Positions 1-8,691 of a stretch of 32,000 bases of DNA are shown one piece after another. A program made the translations under genes and the position numbers. A model generated the notes under the pieces. It saw only the letters and a list, made by a program, of their open reading frames with translations. It was not told the DNA's origin and ran no database searches. The stretch's first letter is position 1. Every line of letters begins with the position of its first letter. Origin of the DNA: an uncultured archaeon (GTDB taxonomy: Archaea; Asgardarchaeota; Thorarchaeia; Thorarchaeales; Thorarchaeaceae); NCBI GenBank assembly GCA_964648855.1, contig CAZYLT010000009.1, positions 64,868 through 96,867 of the forward strand. Direction: 5' to 3'.

Positions 1-239
1 TTCAGTACTCCCAGAATGATAATCTCACGTCTAGAAAAAATATCTCTGAGCAGTTCAATTGCATTCCCTTTTCTCTTGAGTATCAGTGCGGCAAGTAAAA
101 TGATGAAACCAAAAACGTTCTCCAAAAATGCTAGCGGTATCGGTTCCACAAATGCTACTGCCCACCTTCCAACAACAAATGAAGAGCCCCATATCATTGA
201 TGCCAAAATCATCAGTAGTTTGGCCCTGGCATTTTTCAC
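1..239 (-). CDS. EamA/DMT-family transporter, N-terminal part (runs off the left edge)
   Basis: Not in the ORF track. Manual translation from GTG at 239 gives MKNARAKLLMILASMIWGSSFVVGRWAVAFVEPIPLAFLENVFGFIILLAALILKRK..., with the typical EamA first-helix motif IWGSSF followed by P-x-x-L-A-F and hydrophobic helices. Confidence 0.85.
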   Translation of the reverse strand, partial: MKNARAKLLMILASMIWGSSFVVGRWAVAFVEPIPLAFLENVFGFIILLAALILKRKGNAIELLRDIFSRREIIILGVL

Positions 240-400
240 ATGATTGACCTCGTAAGATTCCAGTATCTAGGTGGCACCAAGTGCCCAAATATGAGCCTAT
301 AGGTTGAGTCATGAAGCTTTGTTCCTATCAAGTGTTATTTGGAAAGCCATAAATGATAATGCTATTAGTCTGCACAACCAAAAGTAGCAGGATGAGAAAA

Positions 401-523
401 ATGGCCAAAGAAGGAGCAACTTACGTCTGTGATATATGTCAACAAATTGTTGTTGTAAAGAAATCTGGCGCTGGAACATTGGTGTGTTGCGGCGAGCCAA
501 TGAGAATGTACGAGGGCGACTAA
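401..523 (+). CDS. Stand-alone desulforedoxin (Fe-Cys4 protein, 40 aa)
   Basis: Below the ORF-track length cutoff. Translation MAKEGATYVCDICQQIVVVKKSGAGTLVCCGEPMRMYEGD matches the desulforedoxin signature YxCxxC...G.G.LxCCGxPM. A purine-rich AGGATGA lies upstream; an alternative in-frame ATG is at 392. Confidence 0.92.
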   Translation: MAKEGATYVCDICQQIVVVKKSGAGTLVCCGEPMRMYEGD

Positions 524-603
524 TCCCAAATGCGCGCATAGCAGCATCATGATTGAGCTGCTGCAGTGACAATGTAGATGTCTTCACCGAACACTTGACA
601 AGC

Positions 604-610
604 CTTATAT
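604..610 (+). promoter_or_regulatory. Putative archaeal TATA box for rpo5
   Basis: CTTATAT about 45 nt upstream of the TTG start at 655, in intergenic sequence. Confidence 0.35.
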
Positions 611-654
611 GGTAATGAAAACGAACCAAAATCGTCTTCCGTGGGGTATTCAAC

Positions 655-1215
655 TTGGCAGAGCTTCCTGAAATTGTTATCAAAACAAGAGATTTGCTGA
701 ATCTTAGAGGATATCAGGCTGACGAGCTTTTGGAGTATGAAAACCGATTTCAGATGTACCCCCGCAAGCGTCTCGGCGAGGACATCCTCAAGAAAGCAGT
801 TTGGATCTACAAGGTGCCAAAGGTTGTTGGTATTGCCTTGGTTCGTGATGTAGTTCGCGATATGGCAGACCATAACGCCCAGGAAGGAATGATAGTTGGT
901 GGTGATCGCTTCACTCCGGCAGCCAAGAAACATGCTAGGGCCACCCGAGTGGAGTTAATTGAGGGAGGTTATCCGTCATTCGAGTTATTCGGGCACCAGC
1001 TAGTGCCTAAGCATACAATCGCGAGTAAGGATGAAGTTGACTTAGTTACTGGGCACTATGGAATAGATAAATCTCAGTTTCCACGAATCAGAAGGAATGA
1101 TCCCGCGGCAAGGGTACTCGGAGCCAAGGTTGGACAGGTCATTCGGATTGAGAGACAAAGTCCCACCGCAGGCAAGACCTTCTATTACCGAATTGTTGTT
1201 GAGCCTGGTCGCTAG
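655..1215 (+). CDS. rpo5: DNA-directed RNA polymerase subunit Rpo5 (RpoH) with an RPB5-like N-terminal domain
   Basis: The C-terminus HQLVPKH...FPRIRRNDPAARVLGAKVGQVIRIERQSPTAGKTFYYRIV is the RpoH/RPB5 C-domain. The roughly 105-aa N-terminal extension has RGY, KVVGI and TPAAK motifs like eukaryotic RPB5-N. Confidence 0.95.
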   Translation: MAELPEIVIKTRDLLNLRGYQADELLEYENRFQMYPRKRLGEDILKKAVWIYKVPKVVGIALVRDVVRDMADHNAQEGMIVGGDRFTPAAKKHARATRVELIEGGYPSFELFGHQLVPKHTIASKDEVDLVTGHYGIDKSQFPRIRRNDPAARVLGAKVGQVIRIERQSPTAGKTFYYRIVVEPGR

Positions 1216-1986
1216 TCAAAGAACAACTATTCCCATGGCTATTCCTACAACAAACATTACAACTGTGGAGACCATTGGAAGGGTCGTATTATCCGTCCCT
1301 TTTGGACTAACCAGTTCTGTAAGTGTAGCAGCAATTGATCCAACCAGTGCCAACACTATCATTTCAAGCCACAGAATAGATCCACCACTAATGAAGACGC
1401 CATAGTTCACAAAACCAAACCACCAGAATGCGAGAAGAGCTCCAAGAAATCCAAATACAAAAAGGGCTAGACAGCCATGAGTGCTCCGCTTTGAACCGAA
1501 GATTTCTCTTGTTGAATTAAGCCCATACTTCATTCCGACGGGAGCTGAAATTCCATCTCCGAACATCATGATATGAATGGCAGCAGCTGCTATGAAGTAG
1601 AGTCTAGCATATCCGGTAAATGTGAATATCCCCGTCAGAACCGTAATTGACACCGCATACCAGAAGGGACCTCTGACACTACCATGGTCAAGATCCTCCG
1701 GCCTGGCCATTGCAGAAAAGAAATTGCTGAACCTATCAATACTCGACATTCCTAGCATGAGGACGAACGTCAGGGCGACAAAGGTGGCAACCCATGGGTG
1801 AGGGTAGTATGGGACAGTCCAAATTGCTGCGCCCGCAAAGAGATGTATAATCTTTCTAGTAAAGTCAGAGCTCAGGTTCAGTCTTCTTCGACCGACGTCC
1901 CCAATCGTTAGCACTAATACAGCATAGAGAACGGCTATGAAGTATACAATGATGTCGTTTGTTTCAATGACCAACTCTACCTGCAT
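1216..1986 (-). CDS. CTP-dependent polyprenol/dolichol/phytol kinase family membrane protein
   Basis: Multi-TM protein with RKIIH, GDGISAPVG, KRSxxG and DNxxLP motifs of the SEC59/VTE5/DGK1 family. Confidence 0.85.
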   Translation of the reverse strand: MQVELVIETNDIIVYFIAVLYAVLVLTIGDVGRRRLNLSSDFTRKIIHLFAGAAIWTVPYYPHPWVATFVALTFVLMLGMSSIDRFSNFFSAMARPEDLDHGSVRGPFWYAVSITVLTGIFTFTGYARLYFIAAAAIHIMMFGDGISAPVGMKYGLNSTREIFGSKRSTHGCLALFVFGFLGALLAFWWFGFVNYGVFISGGSILWLEMIVLALVGSIAATLTELVSPKGTDNTTLPMVSTVVMFVVGIAMGIVVL

Positions 1987-2050
1987 TCAAGCCTCGCCTC
2001 TAGATTCTGGACTGGAGAACTGATGCATATACTTATCGGCGATTCCGGCA

Positions 2051-2881
2051 TCAGGACTCGACTCTTGTCGATTCTAGTCTAAGCTCTTTCTCCAGAGCCT
2101 CCAAAGCTCTCCGGACATTTTCTTCCGCCGTAGTTGAGTTCTGCGCTCTAGATGAGATCCAAACCCTGAGAACATTCGTTGTGCCATACTGCTTCGGCAT
2201 AGACTTGACCCAAATGTTATCTATTTCATTCATGACCTTCTGGCTATGAGGCACAAAAACCGTTTCATCCTTGATTGGAAACTCGACTATAATCATTTTA
2301 TAATTCCTTGGCATTCTCTCCTTAAGCCAAGGCTCTACCGATTGTGTCCATATGGATTTCAATTCTCCTGGCACTCCTGGCAAGCATAAAATCGTTGCGG
2401 AATCCGTAGTTATCTTCACACCTGGAGCCCCACCCACCTCATTGTTGAGTGGTTCAGAGCCTTCAGGTATTCTTGCCATCTTTCTTCTAGTTTCAGTAAT
2501 ATCAGGATTATCAACGACTCCCTCCTCGAACAGTTCCCGATACCTTTTCCTAACAATACGGAGTGCCTTTTTGTCCTCGTGAAGCTCTAGTTCAAGAGAG
2601 TTAGCTATCGCAAAGAGGGTCATATCATCGTGAGTTGGTCCCAGGCCTCCAGATGTTATAATCAAATTAGATTTCTCAAGTAGAAATTGTAAGCCTGCAT
2701 CTATCTCGGTCACATCATCTCTAACGGTGACTTGCCGTTGTATTGGAATTCCCATTTCTGAAAGGGTTTTCTCCATCCAATTTGAATTTGTATCCAGTAC
2801 TAAACCGCCCAGAATTTCGTTTCCGATAACAAGAATGCCGCCAATCAATTCATTTGGAAACCCACAATGAGAACCGGTCAT
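2051..2881 (-). CDS. cinA: CinA-like molybdopterin-binding-domain protein (no PncC domain)
   Basis: IGNEILGGLVLDTNS, SGGLGPTHDDMT, GGAPG and LPGVPGEL motifs. Confidence 0.88.
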   Translation of the reverse strand: MTGSHCGFPNELIGGILVIGNEILGGLVLDTNSNWMEKTLSEMGIPIQRQVTVRDDVTEIDAGLQFLLEKSNLIITSGGLGPTHDDMTLFAIANSLELELHEDKKALRIVRKRYRELFEEGVVDNPDITETRRKMARIPEGSEPLNNEVGGAPGVKITTDSATILCLPGVPGELKSIWTQSVEPWLKERMPRNYKMIIVEFPIKDETVFVPHSQKVMNEIDNIWVKSMPKQYGTTNVLRVWISSRAQNSTTAEENVRRALEALEKELRLESTRVES

Positions 2882-2885
2882 TTCA

Positions 2886-3539
2886 TTACTGCACCTCTAG
2901 TTCATTTTGAAGCATCTCACAAAACTGCTTTAAATTCTCAAAACGAACTTTTGCCATTTCAATTGCTCGATGTGTCCTCATGCTATTCTTAATCTTAGCC
3001 GCGAGAGGAATAAATTCATCCATCTTCTCTTGCAATGCATTGAGGTCAATTCCTGGATTCAGTCTGATTGAGTTTATAATAAAATGGATAGTGCCTACTA
3101 TGCCAAGTTTAGCTAGCTTATCAGCCTCCCACAATAATTGTGCTTCAAGTGGGGTTAATTCACTTTCTAGAGTGAGACCCACATGCTTTGGAATAATCGT
3201 TTGAACCAATCTGATTTTTGCCTTATCTATCCCAAGACCTGCGAGAATACGCCCAGCTTGTTTTGCGCTCTTCTCCCCATGGTTTTCGACTCCCCTCAAA
3301 TCTGGTTTTGCAATATCATGGAGCCAGGCCGCCATCATTAGAAGATCTTCATCAACGGTTTGGTTCCTAGCAAGCTCTCTTATGATTTCCACGACATGCT
3401 TCGTGTGGACATATCGATAATTATAGAGTGGAAATCTGGATGTCTTCTGATCTTTCATCCATCCTTCAATGGCAGACATCCTTGTTCTTCTTTCAATCAA
3501 AGCACGGAGGTGGTGTTCTTCTTCCAAGTTTATCAACAT
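2886..3539 (-). CDS. HD-domain metal-dependent phosphohydrolase
   Basis: H(TKHV)...AAWLHDIAK...HG...H...EADKL metal-binding pattern. Confidence 0.88.
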   Translation of the reverse strand: MLINLEEEHHLRALIERRTRMSAIEGWMKDQKTSRFPLYNYRYVHTKHVVEIIRELARNQTVDEDLLMMAAWLHDIAKPDLRGVENHGEKSAKQAGRILAGLGIDKAKIRLVQTIIPKHVGLTLESELTPLEAQLLWEADKLAKLGIVGTIHFIINSIRLNPGIDLNALQEKMDEFIPLAAKIKNSMRTHRAIEMAKVRFENLKQFCEMLQNELEVQ

Positions 3540-3877
3540 CTGTTTTTCAATTTTGATAATGCCGGTCCGAGTGTTTTTAGTATTCGTTATCTTCGTTAAC
3601 AGTTTAGTCCTAATACGTACCCGATACCAAACACAAGCAATTTCCGTATTATTCTGATCCGTTCGTGGAGGTGATTTCTAAACTAGGTGACCAAATCGTT
3701 CATTTATTGAAACAGGTCCATTATCCTTCCAAGGTCGCCTCGAAGATGAGATTCCGCTTAGCTTGTTGATTCTTAGAGCAATTGCTAAATATATGCTCTT
3801 CTTACGTAGGAAAGAATGGCTCATATAAGAGGTAAAAGACTCTGACAAAAAGCATCAAAGATCTATACAACAAGCTA

Positions 3878-5251
3878 GTGAAGCTGGAGCAAGACTATTA
3901 TCTGTTTTCCAGAAAAATCGATGGGGCATCACTTTGGCAGCTAATTAGATTTCCCGTTTTCAATAGAATCGCTTATCCAGACTCCTATACCTCCAAGCTG
4001 GGCAGAGATTCACCATCCTCCTTCGATAGATTTCGCTTTTTTCTGAGTGCCGCCTTGCGAATCGACCAAAATCCTATTTTCTCTGGGGAATCAGAAGCTC
4101 TTTTCTTGGCGCATCCCCGAAGAATGCTAATGCCTGACGAAAAATGGTGGGATTTGTACACAGACTATATTCTTGAGGAAATAGCTATTTCATTTGCTGT
4201 AATAGAGCGTCAGATGGATGCAAAGCATAGAAGACCAGCCAAAACAAGTAACCTCTTCTACCTCGATTCGCTTGATTTGTTAGAATACTTATCTTCCAAG
4301 TTTGATTTGGTCAATGTGACCTTGAGTGATGAAGAACAGCAGCTTATCTCGGACCTGGAAGGGGAGATATTGGAGCGATTTTCGCAGGCTATTGATCTCA
4401 GAAGCCTTGTTCTTAGTATTTTGAGAATAAGAAGAATACGCCGCCCATATTACAAAGCCATGCTGACAAGGATGAAGCCGAAAGTTGTAATTGTGATTAG
4501 TTCATATAATGAGTTGACTTTTATAGAGGTTGCCAAAGATATGGGTATTCCTGTAGTTGAGCTCCAACATGGTATGATAAGCATATATCATACTGGGTAT
4601 TCATTTCCTCAGGAGTTTCATGAATATGTCATTGCCCCTGATTATCTATTTACATTTGGCGAATACTGGAATAGTGCTGCGAATTATGCGATAGATGATG
4701 ATAGGATAATGAGTATGGGATTTCCCTTTGCTGAATCACAAATGAAGAAAATCAAAGCAAAGGCGAAAGATGAGATTCTATTCATTTCACAATGGACGAC
4801 AGGACAGGAAATAGCTAGTTATGCCGTTGAATTATCAAAAATGCCATCAGTGGAACAAGAAATAGTTCTGAAATTGCATCCTAGAGACTGCGACAATTGG
4901 CGCAAGCGTTATCCCCAGTTGGCTGAATCTGAAATAAGAGTTGTTGATGATGCTCGTGTATCTTTGTATGGCCTGTTTGCTGAATCGAGTTGTGTGGTAG
5001 GTGTATACTCTACTGCAGTAATAGAGGCCATCTTATTCGGCATGAACGCTTACTTGCTTGATATTCGCGGCATAGAGAATGTAAGTCATCTAATAGATGC
5101 TGGCCTGGCAAAGAAAGTTTCAACTCCGGAAGAACTACTGAATGCAATTGAGTGCCAAGATAGAACAACGTCATTAGACAAGAACCGCTTTCTCAGGCCA
5201 GGAGGATCAAAGAGGATTGCCAGGGAACTTGAGATGATTGCAAGTAGATGA
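3878..5251 (+). CDS. Surface polysaccharide biosynthesis protein, GT-B fold (CDP-glycerol glycerophosphotransferase/sialyltransferase-like)
   Basis: ELQHG, FTFGEYW, KLHPR and YSTAVIEA motifs. The true start may be an in-frame CTG at 3842. Confidence 0.7.
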   Translation: MKLEQDYYLFSRKIDGASLWQLIRFPVFNRIAYPDSYTSKLGRDSPSSFDRFRFFLSAALRIDQNPIFSGESEALFLAHPRRMLMPDEKWWDLYTDYILEEIAISFAVIERQMDAKHRRPAKTSNLFYLDSLDLLEYLSSKFDLVNVTLSDEEQQLISDLEGEILERFSQAIDLRSLVLSILRIRRIRRPYYKAMLTRMKPKVVIVISSYNELTFIEVAKDMGIPVVELQHGMISIYHTGYSFPQEFHEYVIAPDYLFTFGEYWNSAANYAIDDDRIMSMGFPFAESQMKKIKAKAKDEILFISQWTTGQEIASYAVELSKMPSVEQEIVLKLHPRDCDNWRKRYPQLAESEIRVVDDARVSLYGLFAESSCVVGVYSTAVIEAILFGMNAYLLDIRGIENVSHLIDAGLAKKVSTPEELLNAIECQDRTTSLDKNRFLRPGGSKRIARELEMIASR

Positions 5252-5417
5252 AGATAGAGCAATCCCGGTTAATGAAGCAAACACGATTCCTTCGAATATC
5301 CAAACCAATTTTTTATTGCTTAAACGATGCTCGACGCGTCAGAAACTGAATAGGGCTAGTCTTGCTTGAATAGAATCAATATCATCCTTGAAGAGTGAAC
5401 CTTGATTTCAAAAGAAA

Positions 5418-5927
5418 TCATTCTCTTTCTTTCAGAATATCGGCGAAAGAATGCTCCGAAACATATTCCTTCCTCAGTGAAATTGCCCTTTCGATATGGT
5501 TCTTATTCTCAGGCACAAGCTTTTGGAGTTCAGAATAGTACTGTTTAGTTTCCTCTATAATTGTAGTATCTACTCCAAAATGGCCCCCGAGTTTCTCCGC
5601 TGATTCGAGGAGAGTTGAAAACAAAGGAAACCAAAAAATGTGTTCCTTTGGGCTAGGTACGTATTGATATGGATTTCTTTCTTGCGTGACTTCTCCGGAT
5701 GGCGCCCACATGACCAGAACGCGATCATATACGTATCCCAGAATCAGGAATCCAACAAACGCCGCCATCATAAATGCGGCGGGCCCTAAGACGCCCAAAT
5801 CTGAGAAGAATGGAATATATACATAATAGGAGATTGCAAGAAGAGCAATGCTATAGAAGAGTCCCCATATGCCCCTAATTTGAACGATTCGCCATTGTTG
5901 TTTCATTAGCCACTTCTTAATTCTCAT
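5418..5927 (-). CDS. Unknown 2-TM membrane protein (one copy of the YD...W...ERNPY domain)
   Basis: Start reassigned to ATG 5927 (MRIKKWLMKQ...) by similarity to the N-terminus of the upstream paralog. It overlaps that gene's stop by 11 nt. Confidence 0.8.
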   Translation of the reverse strand: MRIKKWLMKQQWRIVQIRGIWGLFYSIALLAISYYVYIPFFSDLGVLGPAAFMMAAFVGFLILGYVYDRVLVMWAPSGEVTQERNPYQYVPSPKEHIFWFPLFSTLLESAEKLGGHFGVDTTIIEETKQYYSELQKLVPENKNHIERAISLRKEYVSEHSFADILKERE

Positions 5928-6978
5928 TTTGAATAGCCTCTTTTTGATAGCTTGCGAATACCCACTCCAAAGATGCTCTAAGTTGCTTTGCATGCTTCAA
6001 GTCATCCCTTCGCGCAGGGCTGAGTTTCGAGTATGCTGACAGGTATTCGAAAAACCGTTCTATATCCTCAACCCCTGTGTCAAGCTTCTCTCTTATTCTC
6101 ATTATGACTTCTAGATATGCTCTGAAAACTGGGAGAAAGAAAGCAATCAATCTTGGTTCCAAGACATAACTATATGGGTTTCTCTCAACTTTAACTGCGG
6201 CATCCACGGACCATATCTTCAGCTTTTTGTCATAGAACCACCCTAGAGCAATGATAACCAATGTGAGTGGTGGTGCAGTGAATAGGAGTCCTATTAAGAG
6301 ATAGTCTGTTGGCAGAGAGCTGTTTACGGCCACATCCGAAAAAATCACCAATGAGAAAAGTGCACCAAATATTAGTATCTCTTGAAAGATTCCGGTTATC
6401 GATTGAATCCAGTTAATTCTCAGGACCGAAACTTGAAATCCTAGTTTTAGTCGTTCAATTAAGCCCATTTTGTAATCTTTGGATTGCTGGTTATGACCGA
6501 AGGAATGGTTCTGCCAGAATTCATCTGAGATGGATTTTGCTCGCGAAATATCATCCTTAATTGGCTGAAGCGAGAAGTAGATGCTCATATATTCTATGAA
6601 ATCGTCCAAAGCCTCAGTTGAAAGCTCTAGTTGCTTCAGTGTCTTTCGCAAAATGAAGGTAAGAGAGTGAATAAAGGGCAAATTGCTTGCTAAATCTGCA
6701 AAGCTGGGTACATAACGGTATGGATTTCTTTCAACTTTCGCTTGAATATCTTGAGTCCAGAGCTTGGCCTTCTTATCATAGACCCACCCCAATCCCATGA
6801 ACGCAAAAGTAAGAATTGCTCCTAGAATTAGTGCACCAATAAGCCCGAGTGGTTCTAAGAGAGGTATGTAGGGATAGTACCATCGTCCCAAAACAAACAT
6901 GCCGGTTGCGAGGCTCAGTATTGCCCTCATCTCGCCAATACGCCAGTATTGCTTCATTAGCCACTTGGGAATATTCAT
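5917..6978 (-). CDS. Unknown membrane protein with two internal copies of the YD...W...ERNPY domain
   Basis: 353 aa. LGWVYDKKAKLW...VERNPYRYV and LGWFYDKKLKIW...VERNPYSYV each follow a pair of hydrophobic helices. Confidence 0.82.
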   Translation of the reverse strand: MNIPKWLMKQYWRIGEMRAILSLATGMFVLGRWYYPYIPLLEPLGLIGALILGAILTFAFMGLGWVYDKKAKLWTQDIQAKVERNPYRYVPSFADLASNLPFIHSLTFILRKTLKQLELSTEALDDFIEYMSIYFSLQPIKDDISRAKSISDEFWQNHSFGHNQQSKDYKMGLIERLKLGFQVSVLRINWIQSITGIFQEILIFGALFSLVIFSDVAVNSSLPTDYLLIGLLFTAPPLTLVIIALGWFYDKKLKIWSVDAAVKVERNPYSYVLEPRLIAFFLPVFRAYLEVIMRIREKLDTGVEDIERFFEYLSAYSKLSPARRDDLKHAKQLRASLEWVFASYQKEAIQNEN

Positions 6979-7164
6979 GTCTTGCTCAACTCCATTTAGA
7001 GTGCCTTTTTAAATTACTCTTCAATGTTTCATTAACTCGATGAAGTGAGTGATACGTTTTTATGTTTACCCTCGCAGAAACATCGTTTCTTTTTTTGGTC
7101 GCCTATGTAGTGCCTTAGAAATACAAATCCTCCTCATCAATCTACGGACTCGATTTGGCTGTGC

Positions 7165-8571
7165 TTAGACATATTGACCTGCAACATCTGATTTGACGAA
7201 GAATAGTTTTCCTGACCTGACCTGAGGCAATTCCGATTCGGCAATGCTACGAAATGTCACGAGCATATCCTCTCCTAAGAAACTCTTGATGTGTTTAGAA
7301 AGTGTATTAAGCTCGTTACGGTCGAAATTTTCATTTGGAACTATTCTCACTTCTAGCTCACCAATAGCTGGTTGATATGCATAGAATCTGTCAAAGCCCC
7401 TTGATTTTCTAAATAGATGGGGAATAAACACACCTGGGACAAGTCTTTCATCAGTTGAAACGAGGAAATCATAGGTTCTCCCCTTAATATGCTCGATTGT
7501 GGATAGCGATCTTCCACATGCACATTTTCTCTCACTAATTTCAAGTATGTCTCCTAAATCGTAACGAATCAAGGGCATTGCATAGTTGTCCAAGTCCGTT
7601 ATTATGGCTGGTACCATGCCGCTTCTGTTGAATCCCGTTTGAACACTCTCAACGAGTACGTGTTCATCATTGACATGGTAAAGATCTCTATACTCACATT
7701 GATTTGCAATAGAGTAGATTTCGCCTGATCCATATTGGTCATAAACATTCGCCCTCAATCCCTCTTCAATATCGTTGCGTTGAAAACCGAACAGTTTCTC
7801 GGCTGTAGTTATGCACTTCTCAATTTTTCCCAACTGAGTAGGATTTTCTTTTGAGAAATCTGCTAGAATACTCAATGCTGATGGATATCCTCTTGCGACC
7901 CGTATTCCTCTTGAGTGAACAACTTGAGATATCTTCATAATAGATTTCTTATCAAGCTCAAATGCTTGAATGAAGTATCTTCCTTCAACATCGTCTCTAA
8001 TGCGTGTCAATATACTTACCCTATCTTCATCTCTCAGAATTCCGCCTAATGATCCTCCACCAATTGTAATTCTTGGTTCCCCTAGCCTTAGTCCTATCCA
8101 TTCTTCAAATCGAAGCATGCATGCCGATGCCCACCCCGCTGAATTAGTATCTCGATAAAGCTGAATTGGCATTCCTGTTGAGCCCCCTGTATGTCCAAGA
8201 ATAAGCGAGTTTTTCGAGAATGCCCTAGAAACAAGGTCCTCTTTATGATGACGGACTTCCTCTTTTGTCAGTAGGGGAATCTGCTCAATATCCTCAGGTT
8301 TCTCTACATCGGAAGGCGTTATGGCTGCATCATCGAATCTTCTTCTATAGTATGGAACAGTAGCATAAGCATGGCTAAGAAGTCTTCTAAGCTTCTTCAC
8401 CTGTAACTTCCGAATCTTTTCCGGTGACCACCATTGGCTGCTTTTTAGCCTGGCATATTTCAAGAGCGTATTGGTTCCATGCATCATGTCGGATGCAAGA
8501 TTAAACATCAAAGATGCCAGAGTTCTCATCATGTGCATTGATATATGGATTAATGCAGATAAAAGTATCAC
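7165..8571 (-). CDS. Phenylacetate-CoA ligase family (CapK-like) adenylate-forming enzyme
   Basis: TGGSTG P-loop, GYPS, YGSGE, MPLIRYDLGD, CACGR, GR.D and SGK motifs. The exact start is uncertain (several Met codons). Confidence 0.85.
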   Translation of the reverse strand: MILLSALIHISMHMMRTLASLMFNLASDMMHGTNTLLKYARLKSSQWWSPEKIRKLQVKKLRRLLSHAYATVPYYRRRFDDAAITPSDVEKPEDIEQIPLLTKEEVRHHKEDLVSRAFSKNSLILGHTGGSTGMPIQLYRDTNSAGWASACMLRFEEWIGLRLGEPRITIGGGSLGGILRDEDRVSILTRIRDDVEGRYFIQAFELDKKSIMKISQVVHSRGIRVARGYPSALSILADFSKENPTQLGKIEKCITTAEKLFGFQRNDIEEGLRANVYDQYGSGEIYSIANQCEYRDLYHVNDEHVLVESVQTGFNRSGMVPAIITDLDNYAMPLIRYDLGDILEISERKCACGRSLSTIEHIKGRTYDFLVSTDERLVPGVFIPHLFRKSRGFDRFYAYQPAIGELEVRIVPNENFDRNELNTLSKHIKSFLGEDMLVTFRSIAESELPQVRSGKLFFVKSDVAGQYV

Positions 8572-8691
8572 AGTTATTCAGCATAATCACTTAAGTTGTT
8601 CCGCTCAGTTTCAACAGGGATTCAATACGAAACAGATTGGAAAAACAGGGAAACGTATAATTGGCTGTGCTCGACACCAATCACGATAAGC

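Noticed and set aside
16-933. ORF-track entries 16..243(+), 55..312(-), 309..683(-), 365..550(-) and 547..933(-)
   Set aside because: They are shadows of the real EamA, desulforedoxin and rpo5 genes and carry no motifs.
3540-3840. Hidden small gene or RNA in the 300-nt divergent gap
   Set aside because: Open stretches lack a start with an RBS or any recognisable motif, and I saw no tRNA-like or other convincing structure.
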